Assembly: GCA_033442325.1 (NCBI GenBank)
Contig: JAWQFM010000008.1
Span: forward strand, 1,372,123 to 1,436,122
Length of the DNA: 64,000 nt
Origin: Salpingoeca rosetta
Lineage: Eukaryota > Protista > Choanoflagellata
Reading direction: 5' to 3'
Shown: piece after piece, positions 1 through 20,115 of the stretch
Layout: each line of letters opens with the position of its first letter
Numbering within the stretch: the stretch's first letter is position 1
Translations under genes and position numbers: made by a program
The notes under the pieces: model-generated
Seen by the model: only the letters and a program-made list of their open reading frames with translations
Told to the model about the DNA's origin: nothing
Databases searched by the model: none

Positions 1-153
1 GCACGGCCTGGCTTGGCTGCTGGAACTCCATGTCATAGCAAATCAGCTGGCCGGGCAAAACCGGATTGGGGGGATGGAAGGAGAGGGGGAGCGCAGTTGC
101 ACATTGGCTTTGTTAGGCAGGCGTAAATGCATGGTGAGGTTTGGGGGGAGCAA

Positions 154-187
<34 letters not shown>

Positions 188-1277
188 GACACACTCATAC
201 ACTCATAGACACCCACTCATACACCCATGCACGCAGACACACACACCCACTTATACACTCATGCACACGCTCATACACTCATACACCCATGCACACACAC
301 TCACAAACACAGACAGAGACACAGACTGACAATGCCGATGGTCGTGCTGATCTCTGGGACAAAGAAGGTGACGGGTTGCGGCGGCGCCTGGTTCATGGCA
401 GAGTCAGTGCCGAAGATGTGCGCCTTGTGGTATTTGGCGATGAGCTGCCCGCTCGGCGCAAACACCACGAGCGTGTTGTACAGGTACACGCCGTCGTCAG
501 GGCAGGCTGCGGCGTCGCTGTGTTGGTTGCACGGCACGCGGTCAACGACGCTTGCAGCCAGGTACACGTGCTGCCGATGAGCGAGGCACGACAACTGTCG
601 CGGCAGGTTGAACCCGACCTGCTTCTGCTGTGTGCTGGTAGTGCACGGGTTTGTGCCATTATGGAACGGGGTGCTGAGGTTGAAGACGGCCGGGCGAAAA
701 GGGAGGGCCTGGCCCCACAGCACAGCTTCAGGGAAGAGCACCAAGTCGCAGGCGGCAGTTGGGTCACGCTGAAGCTTGCTGACAGCCACGTCCATCTGTT
801 CCACCACCCTCTGCAGCAACTCCTCCCAGTCATCCGACGGCTGTGATCTATTCAAACCGAATAATTCCGGGGGGGGGGGAGGCGGAGCAAGGAAGCATTT
901 GTGAGTGAGCAAACTGTGCGCGAAAGGGAGTAAGGGGGGAGGGGAGGACAACAGCCAAGACACGAGGGCGTGCGATTCCTCCACACTCCCAGGCCATCCA
1001 TTGTTCAAGTGTGCAGGACGCACCCTGGAGCTTGTTGAATTGCCCACAGCTTGCATGACGCGTTCTCCTTCTGGATGGCCTGTACATCATGCACACCAGC
1101 TGCTAGTGCTGCACTTGTGCCAGCATCCGCGGCGCCGACGCAGCTCAGCAGCAGCAGCAGGAGCAGCACTACCACCACAAGCGGCAGCGGCGATGCCAGT
1201 GCAGCTGCCACACGCGCACGCACACAACTTGCGTGGCGCGACGTCCACGACATCATCGTCATCTTGGACGTTGACAT
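1..1277 (-). CDS. Secreted carbon-nitrogen hydrolase, vanin/biotinidase-like (nitrilase superfamily); 3' end lies outside the window
   Basis: Exons ~1024-1277 (hydrophobic signal peptide LVVVVLLLLLLLLSCVGA), ~329-843 and 1-~47. They carry the E-K-C triad motifs DLVLFPEA, YNTLVVFAPSGQLIAKYHKAH and LICYDMEF. Confidence 0.85.
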
Positions 1278-1339
1278 TTATTTGGTAACATTGCAATTAA
1301 TCTACAAACGCCACTTCACCCGCTCCTGCCTCTCACTCT

Positions 1340-2009
1340 TCACTGCTCCGCTCGCTGCCGTTCATGTCGACGTCGTCGAAGCGCGGGTGAGGTGGTGGAT
1401 GAGGTGGTGGCGAGGGAAGGAGCGGGCCCAAGCGAGGACGACTGTTGTGCGTGGTCGTCACGGTACTCTCCATCTCCCCCACCAGCAACATGTCCAATGT
1501 CTCTTCTTCGTCGACCTTCTTCGTGCAGCACATCCTCTGCATCACTCATCTCCCCTGCGTCATTTTCACCACCGTTGTCATCAGCGCCCTCGTGGCTGCC
1601 CTTGGACCGTGTGTGCGCACGGGCAATGTTGATAGACGAGGTGTGTTGGCGCTCCCTTGTCCTCTCCGGCTCGTCATTGCTGCTGTCATCATCATCATCA
1701 TCATCATCATCAGCATCACCACCACCACCAACAGCGTGTCTGGCTCGCTGTCGTGATTCCCGCTGCAGCCGATGCGCGAGCTCGTCCACATCAACGGCAC
1801 CCGCGCCCCCAGTGTTGTCATCGCCACCGGGCAAGACGTCCATGTCCAGCTCTGGGTTGTACACCAGACCTGCAACAGCAAGCGCGTATGCGTGTGTGTC
1901 GGTGCATGGTGCGTGGTGCGTGAGTAATGCGAGAAGGAGAGCATGCGCGCGAATATCGACACAATACAGCAAACGCACACACATACACAAAAAGCCAACC
2001 TCCAGGTGT

Positions 2010-2097
<88 letters not shown>

Positions 2098-4703
2098 CAC
2101 CACGCCTCACCGCGTTGCGTTTCCTGGCGTGCCCGCTCGTCATCATCATCATCATCATGGTGGGGATAATGGTCACCAGCGTCGTCGTCTCCAATGATGG
2201 TGTGAACAGCAGCCATGACAGGTTCGTGGATGTACGGCTGACAAGGGAGGAGAGAACAAAAGGAGGGGGTGAACAGGAATGGACAAACGTAAGCGTCGTG
2301 AAAAATAGATACATACAAGTGTCCTCGCACACACACACACAGACACAGACACACAGACACACAGACACACAGACACACAGACACACAGACACACAGACAC
2401 ACAGACACACAGACACACAGACACACACGTGCAGGCATCGACACATACCCAGATGAGGATGAGGATGAGGAGGAGGATGCCGACGGTCAAGGCTGATGCC
2501 AGCATGAGGGTTCCGACGACGAAGGAGCTCAGGAACCAGTGGTACATCCAATACCTGCGGAGGTACAAGGTGAGAAGAAAGCAGGATTATGGTGGCAATT
2601 ATGGTTGTCGCCAACAGCATGGAGGCAGAGACAGACACACACGCACGCACACACACATGTATACACACACAAACATACGCACACACACATATACAGAAAC
2701 ACACACACACAGAAACACACACAGGCACACACACAGACACATTCATAGCGCGTGCACTCACGTCATTCCCTGCATGCGTGTTCGGGCCATGAGGGTGGCG
2801 CGGGTGACTTGCAGCTTTGATGACGAGAGCGACACGCTCGCCCAGTGGAGCCCACGGCCCTTCACGTGCACATGCTGCATTACAGGCACTGTCACCGTCT
2901 GGCAGATGATGCGCCAATGCGTTGACAAGGCAGCAGTGTAGTTTGTTTGTGTGTGTGAATATGAGCTGTACCATTCGCAGACACGCACGCACCAACGCGT
3001 GGTGTTGGTATCACCACACACCACAGCACAACGCACCACAGCACAACACAAAACACAGCACAATCCCATACACACCACAGCACAGCACCTGCGTGTCGTC
3101 GACGAGGCCGAGGAGATACGGGCCGGCGAGGAGGATGCGGCGGAGAAAGTGGACGATGCTCGGGCGGTACGGCAGCATTGCAGGCCGACTCCCGCCCACC
3201 CCGGGGCTCGCCTCAACAAGCTGGACACGTGGGACACGGCCGGGGGTTGGGAGGAGTGCGGAGTGGTGGTGGTGGTAGAGGTGGTGGAAATGCGAGGTGA
3301 GGTCCTGTCATGGACGACCAAAGGCGAGTCCGCAACACGAAACGACAGAGGCAGAGGGAGACAGACAGACAGAGGCAGAGGGAGACAGACAGACAGAGGC
3401 AGAGGGAGACAGACAGACAGAGGCAGAGGGAGACAGACAGACAGAGGCAAAGGGAGACAGACAGACAGAGGCAGAGGGAGGCAGACAGACAGAGGCAGAG
3501 GGAGGCAGACAGACAGAGGCAGAGGGAGGCAGACAGACAGAGGCAGAGGGAGGCAGACAGACACAGTCACACACACACACCAACTCAAGCATACACACAC
3601 ATACACGAACATTCGCACACTCAAGCATACCCACGTACACACACACACACACACACACACAGGCTCACGTTCCCCGTTGCGGTGAGTTCGCCTTGATGGA
3701 GCGCAATGTCGTGGGAAGCGTGCGCATCATCCTTGGTGCTGGACAGCCAAAGCGAGACCATGAACATGCCGGCCTGCCGATTCGGCCGCGAGTTTGGCAG
3801 CTCCAGCTCCACCGTGAAATCATACGCTGTTGTTCCAACACCGCAGCAACGAAAGAATGCGTTGTATGATGTGGCATTGTCTGATGTGAGATCTGCCCAT
3901 CACCAGCATGCGCACGCGTACCACACGAGTACACTTGCATGACCAACAAGCCAATGCGCGTGGATCGACGCCTTGCAACACGTACCAGCACCCACCTTGT
4001 CCAACGCGAAGCGCGTGGCGCGTGTCATGGCTCAGGTACACCTGAAAATGCACGATGCGCGATAAATGATGCGATGCGTGACGCATGATGAGAAGGAGAG
4101 GACTGAGAGGGAGAGGGATGACGAGCAGAGGAAAACGAAATCAAAAACAGGGTGTGCTGGCAGTTGTGACGAACGTGTGTAAGAGGACGTTGGCCACCCT
4201 TGGAGCCGTAGTCAAAGTACAGCGGCCACGAGTGTTCTGGCTCTGGTACAATCCACCAGTACGTCACTCTGATCTCAACCAACAACACAACAAGCAACAC
4301 TCAGCGTAAGTGTTCGCAAACACGACAAAGCAAGCAGGCAACCGCACGAACACGCACACGTACATTACTGCTCTCACTCACCCACCCACTCACTCACTCA
4401 CGCACTCACTCTCTCACGCACGCACAATCATACACACACACAATCATACACACACTCACTCACTCACTCACGCAAGCACGCACTCGCGTGCACTGACCCG
4501 TAGATGAAGACGCTTGCGGCGTAGCACACAGCAAACACCGCCATGACCACAACAGAAGCAATTGCCAGCCATTTCAACACCCGCATGGCTTGCCAGAGCA
4601 CATCGTGCCACAGATATCCAGCAGCATCGTTCCCATAATGCCTGCTTCCGCTATCCTCCCTTGCTCCCCTTCTTGACTCGCCAAGGCCACCGCTGCCAGT
4701 CAT
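1340..4703 (-). CDS. BSCL2: Seipin (lipid-droplet assembly protein), multi-exon
   Basis: TM1 LAIASVVVMAVFAVCYAASVF; WPLYFDYG; signature YDFTVELELPNSRPNRQAGMFMVSL (cf. ELELPESPVNQDLGMF); SRPAMLPYRPSIV; LRYWMYHW followed by TM2; acidic tail ending LRRRR..., stop at 1340. Confidence 0.88.
3344..3562. repeat. 24-bp minisatellite (ACAGAGGCAGAGGGAGACAGACAG), about 9 copies, in a seipin intron
   Basis: Directly visible tandem units; they generate the spurious RGRGRQTD/LPLPLSVC ORFs. Confidence 0.9.
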
Positions 4704-4828
4704 CGTCGCTCGCAACAAGCAAGAAGCAAGAAGGCGAAAGCACGCACAACAGTTGTGTGTGTCCTTCCTCTCAGCCAGGTCAAGTTGGGACGAATAGCCA
4801 TATCTTAAGACGAAATTCAGCAACCACG
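4704..4828. promoter_or_regulatory. Putative bidirectional promoter between seipin and ATPAF1
   Basis: Divergent ATGs (4703 on -, 4829 on +) only 125 bp apart. Confidence 0.55.
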
Positions 4829-6381
4829 ATGGCGATGATGGCGCTGTTGCGACGAGGAGCAAGGTGTGTTGTGGGCGGTGGAGCGGGGCGTGCGCAGGCT
4901 TGTTGGCACATCGCCAGCCCGCGTTGCCTGTCAACAGCAGCCCGGTATTCGTTTCCCAAGGAGAAGGAAGCTGTCCCAGTCAGCGAGCTGGAGAAAGGTG
5001 AGGCGGGACTGGATGGAAAGGACTTGTTGCCATGATGTAGGGTGGTAGTTGCACCTGTGCATGTGCACGAAGGTTGTGTTTTGTTTTCTCACAATTGCAC
5101 TGTGTTGCTTCGCCTTGTGCAGAGCTGGAGAAGAACCCGTTTGCATCGCGTTACCAGGATAAAATCAAGCAGCAGCTGAAGTCCAAGTAAGAGCTGTGTC
5201 TCTCTTTGACCAGCGACACTTGAGTTGTGGACCCCTGTGCTTTGTTGTGCGTGTGCACGGCAGCAACTCACGCTTTCAATTTGCTTCTTGTGTAGGTCTG
5301 TGGTGCAGGATGGCGTGGAGGTGTTTGAGAAAGACCTGTCCTTCACCAAGCTGCAGTCGTCGGACGAAGATGCGACCGCCAAAAAGCTCCAAGAGGAGCT
5401 CATCAAGCACGCAACTGACGCTAAGCAGCAGCCACACGTGCGTGTCTGCGTGTGTGTGTGCTTGTGCTTGTGTGTGTTGTGCTTGTGTATGTGTGCTTGT
5501 GTGTGTGTGTGGTTAGGGAACTTATACGTGTTCTCGAGCGCCAACGCCCAACGCCAACCCCCACACATACGCACACACGCATACGCACACACACACACAC
5601 ACACGCGCGCGCGCGCCGATTGTAACGACCTTCATTTTGCTGTCCCTTGTGTGCTGTCCTCTTGGAGCAGGGTGAAAGCGAGGGGCTTGACTTTGTGGAC
5701 AAGTGCGACCTGCCGCCGTTTGTACCGCGCCTCGACAGCATCCTGCACGTGCACAAGCTGCGCGACGTGGCACCAGAGGACATTGCACGCACATGGACAC
5801 AGCACATTGCCACCAGTGACGTAGGCCATCTTACATGTGTGTATGGGTGCGTATGTGTGTGGAAAGTGTTTGTAGGAAGGGCTTGGGAGTCAAGTTGTGA
5901 TTGCTTACGGGACTCACCAGTGCTTTGTACCTGGTCTCTGTGTTTGTGCATTGCATGTGCGTTCAGTCTCGGCTCTCTGCCGTCATTCCGGCCGAAACAT
6001 ATGATCTCCTCCACGCCCGCGGCAAGGTGCTACTGCTGTTGGTGGTGGTCGTAGTGCTGTTGATGGTGGTGGTGCTACAGGTGGTCGTAGTGCTGCTCTT
6101 CCTCTCAAAAGACACATGGTGACTGCAACCGTACACTCACACCTCACCCCTTCCCTACTTCACCACCACCGCCGTGATCAGGAGAGCCCGCTGTTCCTGT
6201 ATCCGCTGCCACAGGGAGGAAGCGGCTACGACTTTTACGTCGGCCAATTTGCCGGAAACGTCTGCGCCTTCACCAGCTTGCTCGAATACCAGGTGCGTGC
6301 GTGTGTGTGCGTGTGTGGTGTGTGTGTGTGTGTGTGTGTGGTGTGTGTGTCAACATGTGCCGGGTGGCATTGTGTGCATAA

Positions 6382-6413
<32 letters not shown>

Positions 6414-6597
6414 TGGACACCTTACGTTCATGTACCACCTTTGCCTCGCCGCGTTGTCAGACACATGCGGAGAATGCGCGCCCTGTGCTGACGCTCTTCC
6501 ACTACACTGAGCTCAAGCGAAGCAAAGGTGATGTTGGTCGTAACACACGGGTTTGGGCGTGATCTGTATGTGATCGGGCGCCTGTGAGCGTATTGTG

Positions 6598-6661
<64 letters not shown>

Positions 6662-6864
6662 AGTGACAGCGTGCCTGTGTGTGCGCACATTTCGGAACGC
6701 CCGGATAGTGATACCACTCACGCCTGTGTCTGTCATCACATGTATTAGGTCACGTGCTGATGATGGGAGAGCTCGACATTGACCGGATGGTGCGTCCCGC
6801 GGTCCTGTCGCAACGATGAACCAACCTGTCTTTGACTCCCACGTCGCTTTCCTACCTCACACGC

Positions 6865-6946
<82 letters not shown>

Positions 6947-7392
6947 GCACGCACTCACATGCACACACATGCACACACGCACACGCACGCGTATGCACAC
7001 ACACCTCTGTAGAACATGGCGGCTGCGCAGCTGCTGGTGCATCAGCTACAGCTGTTCTACGCCAACCAGACGGAGGACGCGAAAGACGCATATGATCTCG
7101 TGCGCCAGTTTAACACAAGGTCAACAGCTCGTGCACACGCGTGTTTCAGTGCGTTTGTGTGAGTGCGTATGTGTGTGTGCGTGGAATGTAACGTGCCTCA
7201 TTTTCATCCTCCTATGATTTCCTCTTTGAGCTTACCCCCTCCCCCGCCCACACACACATGCACAGGCCCGGCTCGTTTGACTACAATGACCTGCTGCGGC
7301 GGTTCCAGGAATGGTTCTCGTCGACCATGGCCGGCGTGGGCGCTGACGCCATCAAGCACGACCCAGCACCCCACACGCCAGACAAGCAGTAG
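4829..7392 (+). CDS. ATPAF1: Mitochondrial F1-ATPase assembly factor 1 (Atp11), multi-exon
   Basis: Arg-rich presequence [12 protein letters not shown]; [15 protein letters not shown]; [17 protein letters not shown]; SAVIPAETY; PLFLYPLP; FTSLLEYQ; LTLFHYTEL; [12 protein letters not shown]; [14 protein letters not shown]; TAG at 7390-7392. Confidence 0.92.
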
Positions 7393-8063
7393 CAGTTGTA
7401 GGGTCGTTGTTTGACAACGCATCACCAACCATAGCCGCACGGCACCAATAAACAATAGACAGCATTGGAGATGGTGGTGGTGGCAATTGTGAACACAACA
7501 CAACACGGTCGTCAACAGCGTCAGAGATAGTGCGACTTTGCAAAGTCGCCATCGCACCACTCACACACCGCATTGCACGCCAGCACACCATCATCGCGTT
7601 TCACGTCTCACACCATCATCGCGTTTCACGTCTCACACCATCATCGCTGCTTTGCACATCATGTCATGTCACATCACGCCACCTGCTTTTGCCTTTGGAG
7701 AAACACGCACGTTTTTCGCGCTGTTGTCCGTTTTGTTTGTTTGTTTTGCCACACACAATATACAGAAGCAACAAGGAGGAGGCAGAGAACAAGAGGGTGT
7801 AACGCACCACCCATCAGCCACGCACACACACGCACGCACACGCACACGCACGTACACGCACACACAGACACATTAACCCCCCCGCTCTCTCTCCCGTGCT
7901 TCGTGCAAGTGCTGCTGCTTCCCGCTCCTAACCACTCAGTTCCAACCGCCATCGCCATCATCATCTCACTGAAGAAGGTGATCGTCGGCAAGGTCGAGCC
8001 ATCCGCCCATCGGGCTAGCCATCCAGACGACCACTTCCAGGACCTCAGCGCAGCCCATCGTGC

Positions 8064-14219
<6,156 letters not shown>

Positions 14220-14597
14220 ACACACACGTCCTTCCTCTTCCTCCTGCGTGATTGTTTGTATGTTCGGAGAGTGACTGCTGCGGTGGCGGTGATGCTGCCC
14301 TGCGGCGATTGTTGCTGTTACAGCTACATATGTTGGCTGTTGCTGTGATGCTTGTTGCGTCATGCACAGCAGTTGTTTTGTTTGGGATCTGCAACGCTTG
14401 GGTACACTGTGATGATACTGCGCGTGCTTACAGTTGTGTTTTCTTCGACTAATTTGCTGTTTCGCTCGGTGTACCCGGGCCAAAATGAACGCAACAAGCC
14501 AAAAGCAACAGGGCGCACGGGGGACAGACAAGACAGAGAGGCAGAGAGAAAAATCCACACGAGTTCACGACGCACACACGCACACACAGCGTGTTGG

Positions 14598-15088
14598 CTA
14601 TGCGAGTGCGTCCCAGGCCTGCTTGCGGTAGATGGCGGCAGTGGCCGCGGGGTTGTCGGACCTGAAACCAAAGCACGTGTCCACGTGAGCCTGCTGTTGC
14701 CAACAACGAGAGAGAGAGAGAGGGGGGGGGGCGAGGGCTGGATCCAGATGCACGCACCATCAACTGCAACCAGCGTATCGATCAACCAGCAACTATTAAG
14801 ACCAGGACCACGACGATCACGACTACTCACTTGTAGATGCCGCGGCCAACGATGATGATATCGCTGTTGCGATCTGCAATCACCGCTGTGGGCGTGTTGT
14901 ACTGCTGCCCAAGTCCATCACCCTCCTGGCTCAGCTTCACGCCTGGTGTGGGCGGTGTGTGCGTTTGCACGGTTGGGGTGAGCGAAACGGTGTCATGTGC
15001 ACGTGAATGTTTGTGCATGTGAATGTAGGCGGTTGTGTTTGTGCATGTGGTTGTGTTAGTTTGTGGTTTGTTTGTGGTTGTGTGTGTG

Positions 15089-15141
<53 letters not shown>

Positions 15142-18100
15142 GTGTGTCATTTATGCTGCCTTCGAGTCGGCCCACCTGGCGTCATGTAGACGAATGCATC
15201 GCCCTCAGAGCCCTCAATCACGCGCTCTTGGGAAATGAAGCCTGGAGTCGACAATTCGAATTGCTCGTGAGCAACGATTACACAACGCACGTGCAGCCAG
15301 TCACATGCATGCACACACACAGACAGACAGACAGACAGACACACACACACACACACACACCGAAGACGAAGTCGGTGTGGCGTTTTGCCATTTCGACGCA
15401 CGCGGATGTGTACTCTTTGTTCAGGAGGTTGCCGGCACTGGCGATGGTGATGGCGAGAATCGTGATGGTGATGATGATGATGATGATGATGTGTTCAGGG
15501 CGTCATGTGAGAGCTCACATAGTGAGCGGTGGGTACAGACAAACAGTAACAGCGTGACACAGCGCATAACGTTGTGTTCAGCACCTGCTCATTTGTGCGA
15601 GGAGGAGGAGACCGTGATTCTCAACGCCGGCCGCCGTCCGCAATCCGTCCACGATTCCTAATGGTGGTGGTGGTGATGGTGGTGGTGGTTGTGAGGAGGT
15701 GAGGATGACATGCACGTTCACACATAGAAATACGGAAACAACCACACACGAATACACGCACACACATGCACAACCACACACAGACATGCACACACAAACA
15801 TGCACACAAACAAAAACACACACACGCATGCAACCACACAAACAAAAACACACGATGGTGCGGATGCATGTGAGGCCTCACCGTCGCCTGGAAGTGCATG
15901 CGCGTTTGTGAAATGAGCCCATGACGCAATGCGGTGAACGCCGCCACTGCACTGCTGCACAACGGTGTTGCCAATGTCCGCAAACTTGCGATCCTCAAAG
16001 ATGAGGAAATCGTGCTGTGGGGAATGTGAATTGATGGCGGAGATGTGGTGTGAGGGCGAAGTGCAACTGAAAGCACAGGACACATAGAAACAGACACGAT
16101 CACTCACAAACATGCACGCACGCACGCAGACACACACACACGCATACACACACACACACATATACAGCCACACAGATCAATCCAATCCAACCTTGTCTGC
16201 GAGGAATCGGAGTTGTGTTCCGGTTTCGTCCGTCCAATCGCGCACAATATCGCAGTGCGTTTTCAGGACACAAATCTGGGGGCCAACAGCTGCGCACGGC
16301 GAGGACACAGGCGCATGTATGTGAATGTATCAGCGTGAAGATGATGGTGGAGGGCGTGCGCGTATGGATGGGCTATGAACATTTGCAACCAGCAGCCCAT
16401 GTGTCGCCATTGACGCGCGCGTGCGTGCACATGTATACCGTCTGCGAGGTCGAGAAGGGCTTTTGCCTCGACGACATCGGCAGCGACGCACAAGTTCGTC
16501 TTCTTTCGTGCCTGAACACACATGCAAACGCCCGCGGTGTGAACGAGGGTTAGTGTGAGGTGTGGGTGCAGTACACCATTCGTTTCACACACACACGCAC
16601 ACAGAGACGGATAGCCAAACAGACAGACAGAGACAGACAGACAGACGGACGGACAGACGGACGGACAGACACAAGCATACAGGTTCCAGAGCAACCGATA
16701 GTTGCGCACCATGAGAGAGAAGAGGGCAACACCAACGGCGTTCTTGCACAGCTTCGCCCGGTCTTCAAAGGGCGTGCCTGCAAGCACAGCAAGGCAAAGT
16801 GGTCAGCCATTGTTGTGGAGAAAGACCGAGAGCGGAAGGTGTGGGCAGAAGTGAAAGTAATCACAAGCCATTGTTGTGGAGAAAGACCGAGAGCGGAAGG
16901 TGTGGGCAGAAGTGAAAGTAATCACAAGCCAGTGCAGTGGCATCAAATCAGCTACAGTCACAAATGGGTGGTTGCGTCAACGCTGCCTGCATGCATGGCA
17001 GCTGCAACATACGTTGGAGTTTTGCCTTTTTCGTCGGCAGCACCTGTGCCTCCAGCTTGTCCGTCACCGTCACCTGCAGTTGGTGTGCATCGACATCAGT
17101 GTGACGTTGGCACGTTGCACAACTGCAACAACACACAACACACAACACAGACAACAACCATGCATATGTGCACATGCACCTGGTTGTCACGGATGAACGC
17201 TGTGACGCGGTCAGCAGTGACCGTGTCAACCTTGCCTGCTGCAACCAGCACATCAAGCACCTGCGCACGTGTGGTCACGTGCGGACCAAGTGAGGGAAGA
17301 GAGGTGATGAGGTGAGCTGGGGGTAGTTTGCTGCAACAGCAGAAAACAAACGGCCATGCGCACACATGCACACGTATGCGCACAGCCTTACTCATATTCA
17401 CAAGTTTCCTTAAACACACAGACACAGACAGACACACAGACACACAGACACACAGACACACAGACATACAGACACACAGACACACACGCACGTAAACGTT
17501 GGCCGACCTGGGCGAGTGTGAGGACGGAGCGGAGGTTCTTGCCGCGTGTTTCGATGTTCTTGCGGCCGCCTTGACCACGGTCCAGCAGCACCACAACGTC
17601 GTTCACAATCAACCTAAGGCGTTGGCATAGCAAGCAGGCAAAGTGAATCAAAGATTCTTGATCACTGCATGCGACACAACTGCGCATGCATTGCAACATA
17701 CGGGCACAGGATCACATGCACACGTGACATGACAAGGCATGACTGATATGACGTACTGTTCGCGCTCCAATGGCTCCACGGTCTCAAAGACGCTCAGGCC
17801 AGACGTCACAAGGTCTTCCACGATCAAACACCGTTGTCCTGTTGCGGTATTGGTGCACAAAAGCGCACGCGCGACAGCTTTGTTTGAGCACTCCGTTCCT
17901 CCGAGACATGAAGCAACTCTACACAGACGGCCATTACACATACACGTACACGTACACGCACACACACACACACATATGCACGCACCAGGTGTGATGACGC
18001 CTTCGATCATCTTCTTCGTGCCGTATGCCTTCACCTCCTTTCTCCTCATAAGCATGGGCTTGCCCGTCTTTGAGGACATCAGTGTCGCAAATGGAAGCGC

Positions 18101-18776
18101 TGAGCAAAGTTATACCATCCAGTACACGTGAGCAGTACGCATGGTCACACGCAGCCAAGATCAGCAGCTAAGATCAACAGAAGAGATCAACAGACAAGTA
18201 CACAAGTATACATCACAGACAACAGCGACAGAGCGCGATGCGAGTTGCGAGTACACGTGGATGGAAGGGAAAGACCATCGATGGAAGGGAAATACCCCCC
18301 CCCCCTCATGCAATACCTCAACACACACACACACACGCACGCACGCACCTGTGTATGGGACGCCACACAGGGTGTCATATTCGACGGAGGAGACGGCAGA
18401 CAGAAGAGCGTTGGCAACTTGGTCCAGCACATCAGGGTGGGAGACGAGCACCCGCAAGTCCACATACACGGGCGACTCGATGCCACTCTTCAGCGTGAAC
18501 CTGCAGTCGCGCAGCAGCAGTGAACCAGTGTGGCAGTGAACCAGTGTGGCAGTGAATCAGTGTGGCAGTGCACGTGTCTGTGTAAGCAACAGGTGAACAA
18601 AGAAGCAGGAGGAGGAGCAAATCACAGACAAGCAGGGGCTGGTTTGACTGGCGCTTGGGTAAAGATGGCACACACTACCACTCATGCCACTTTGACTGGC
18701 TCACTCACGTGCCAAACTTGACGGCCCCAATGTCAAACAGCCGAAGCACAAGCGCCTTCCTTGCTTCCTCGTCCAT
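14598..18776 (-). CDS. UMPS: Bifunctional UMP synthase (OPRT + OMP decarboxylase), multi-exon
   Basis: [22 protein letters not shown]; [16 protein letters not shown]; [12 protein letters not shown]; PRPP motif [11 protein letters not shown]; ODC motif [15 protein letters not shown]; [11 protein letters not shown]; [10 protein letters not shown]; ends [10 protein letters not shown]. Confidence 0.96.
16805..16931. repeat. Perfect 61-bp tandem duplication in a UMPS intron
   Basis: AGCCATTGTTGTGGAGAAAGACCGAGAGCGGAAGGTGTGGGCAGAAGTGAAAGTAATCACA occurs twice head-to-tail. Confidence 0.9.
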
Positions 18777-19221
18777 GGTTGGTGGTTGGTTGGTTTGTTG
18801 GTTGGTGGTGGTTGGTCAACGTGCAGTGCGGCAGTGTGGTGATGTGCTATTTATAGGACGACGAGGGAGGACAGCCCATGGCACAAGGCAGACCACGAAT
18901 ATTCGCCATGACTTTAATTGATTTTCGACCTTTTCTACGTTTTTCGTTCTTCTTCCTTCGTCCGTCGTTGTTGTTGCCGCTCGCAAATCCAAACACAAAC
19001 AACACACCACACCACAAACACAAACACACATTCCTCCCTCCCTCTCTGCCTCCCGCTTCTCCTGCCCCTCTTGCATTCACCATCACCATCACCATCACCA
19101 TCAGCCTTCATTTCCCACAGACCACCCCCACAGATCACACCACCCACAGCAAAGAACAAGACGACCTCATATCATCATCATCACATCATCACATGAACAG
19201 CGTTAGACAGAGACGCAGGCC

Positions 19222-20038
19222 ATGTCTCGACCTTGTTCTTCTCCTTCCTCCTCTACGTCAGCCCCGCCACCGGCGTGTGCGCTTCCGCAACAGCGGCGGA
19301 AGCGGTTCAAGCACGTGAGCTACAACGCGTCCGGGATCATGTCGGCGTACCACTTTGGAGTGATGGCGTGCTTGGAGCGGTTCACAGACACGTCGGAGAC
19401 AGTCTTCTACGGGGCGTCTGCAGGGGCGCTGGTGGGCGCCAACGCCTTGGTGGGGCTGTCACCTTACGCATCCGCAGACAGCATGATCTCGCACTGCGAG
19501 GCTGTGGCGGAGGACTCTGCGCGCATTGGCCCGCTACTGGAGAACACCTTGGACAGCCTGTGCCCGGAGGACGCCCACACCAAATGCAGCTCTCGGCTGC
19601 ATGTGTCCTGCTCGAAATGGGACCTGACGCGTCTTGTGCCCGAGTACTTTAGCACGTTCGAGAGCGTGCAGCAGTTCAAAGAAACGCTGATGGCGTCAGC
19701 GCACCTCCCGTTCATCTCGGGCCTGCTCCCGCGCAGCATCCAGGGCCACGTGGGGCAGTTTCTGGACGGGGTGCTGACAGACCCTCATCCGAAGCCCGAG
19801 CGCGTGGCAGCCGCCAGACGCGCCAAGCGACAGCAGAGCCAGCAGAAGCAAGAAGTGGCTGGCACGACGACCAAGGGTGGTGCTGGTTCCGTGCCACCGC
19901 CCACTGCAGCAGATGCAAATGGGCGTGCATCGTGGTTCTCATACTCGGCCTTGCTGGCGTACATGGCCATCCTGCAACATCAGCAACAAGACGAGCAACA
20001 AGAAGAGCAACAACAACAACAACAGCAACAAGACGAGC

Positions 20039-20115
<77 letters not shown>

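Noticed and set aside
7584-7647. 25-bp tandem repeat (about 2.5 copies) and similar short repeats, e.g. 16-bp x3 at ~18518-18570 and (GTGGAT)n at ~57665-57760
   Set aside because: Ordinary slippage-type repeats in a repeat-rich genome; no evidence of function.
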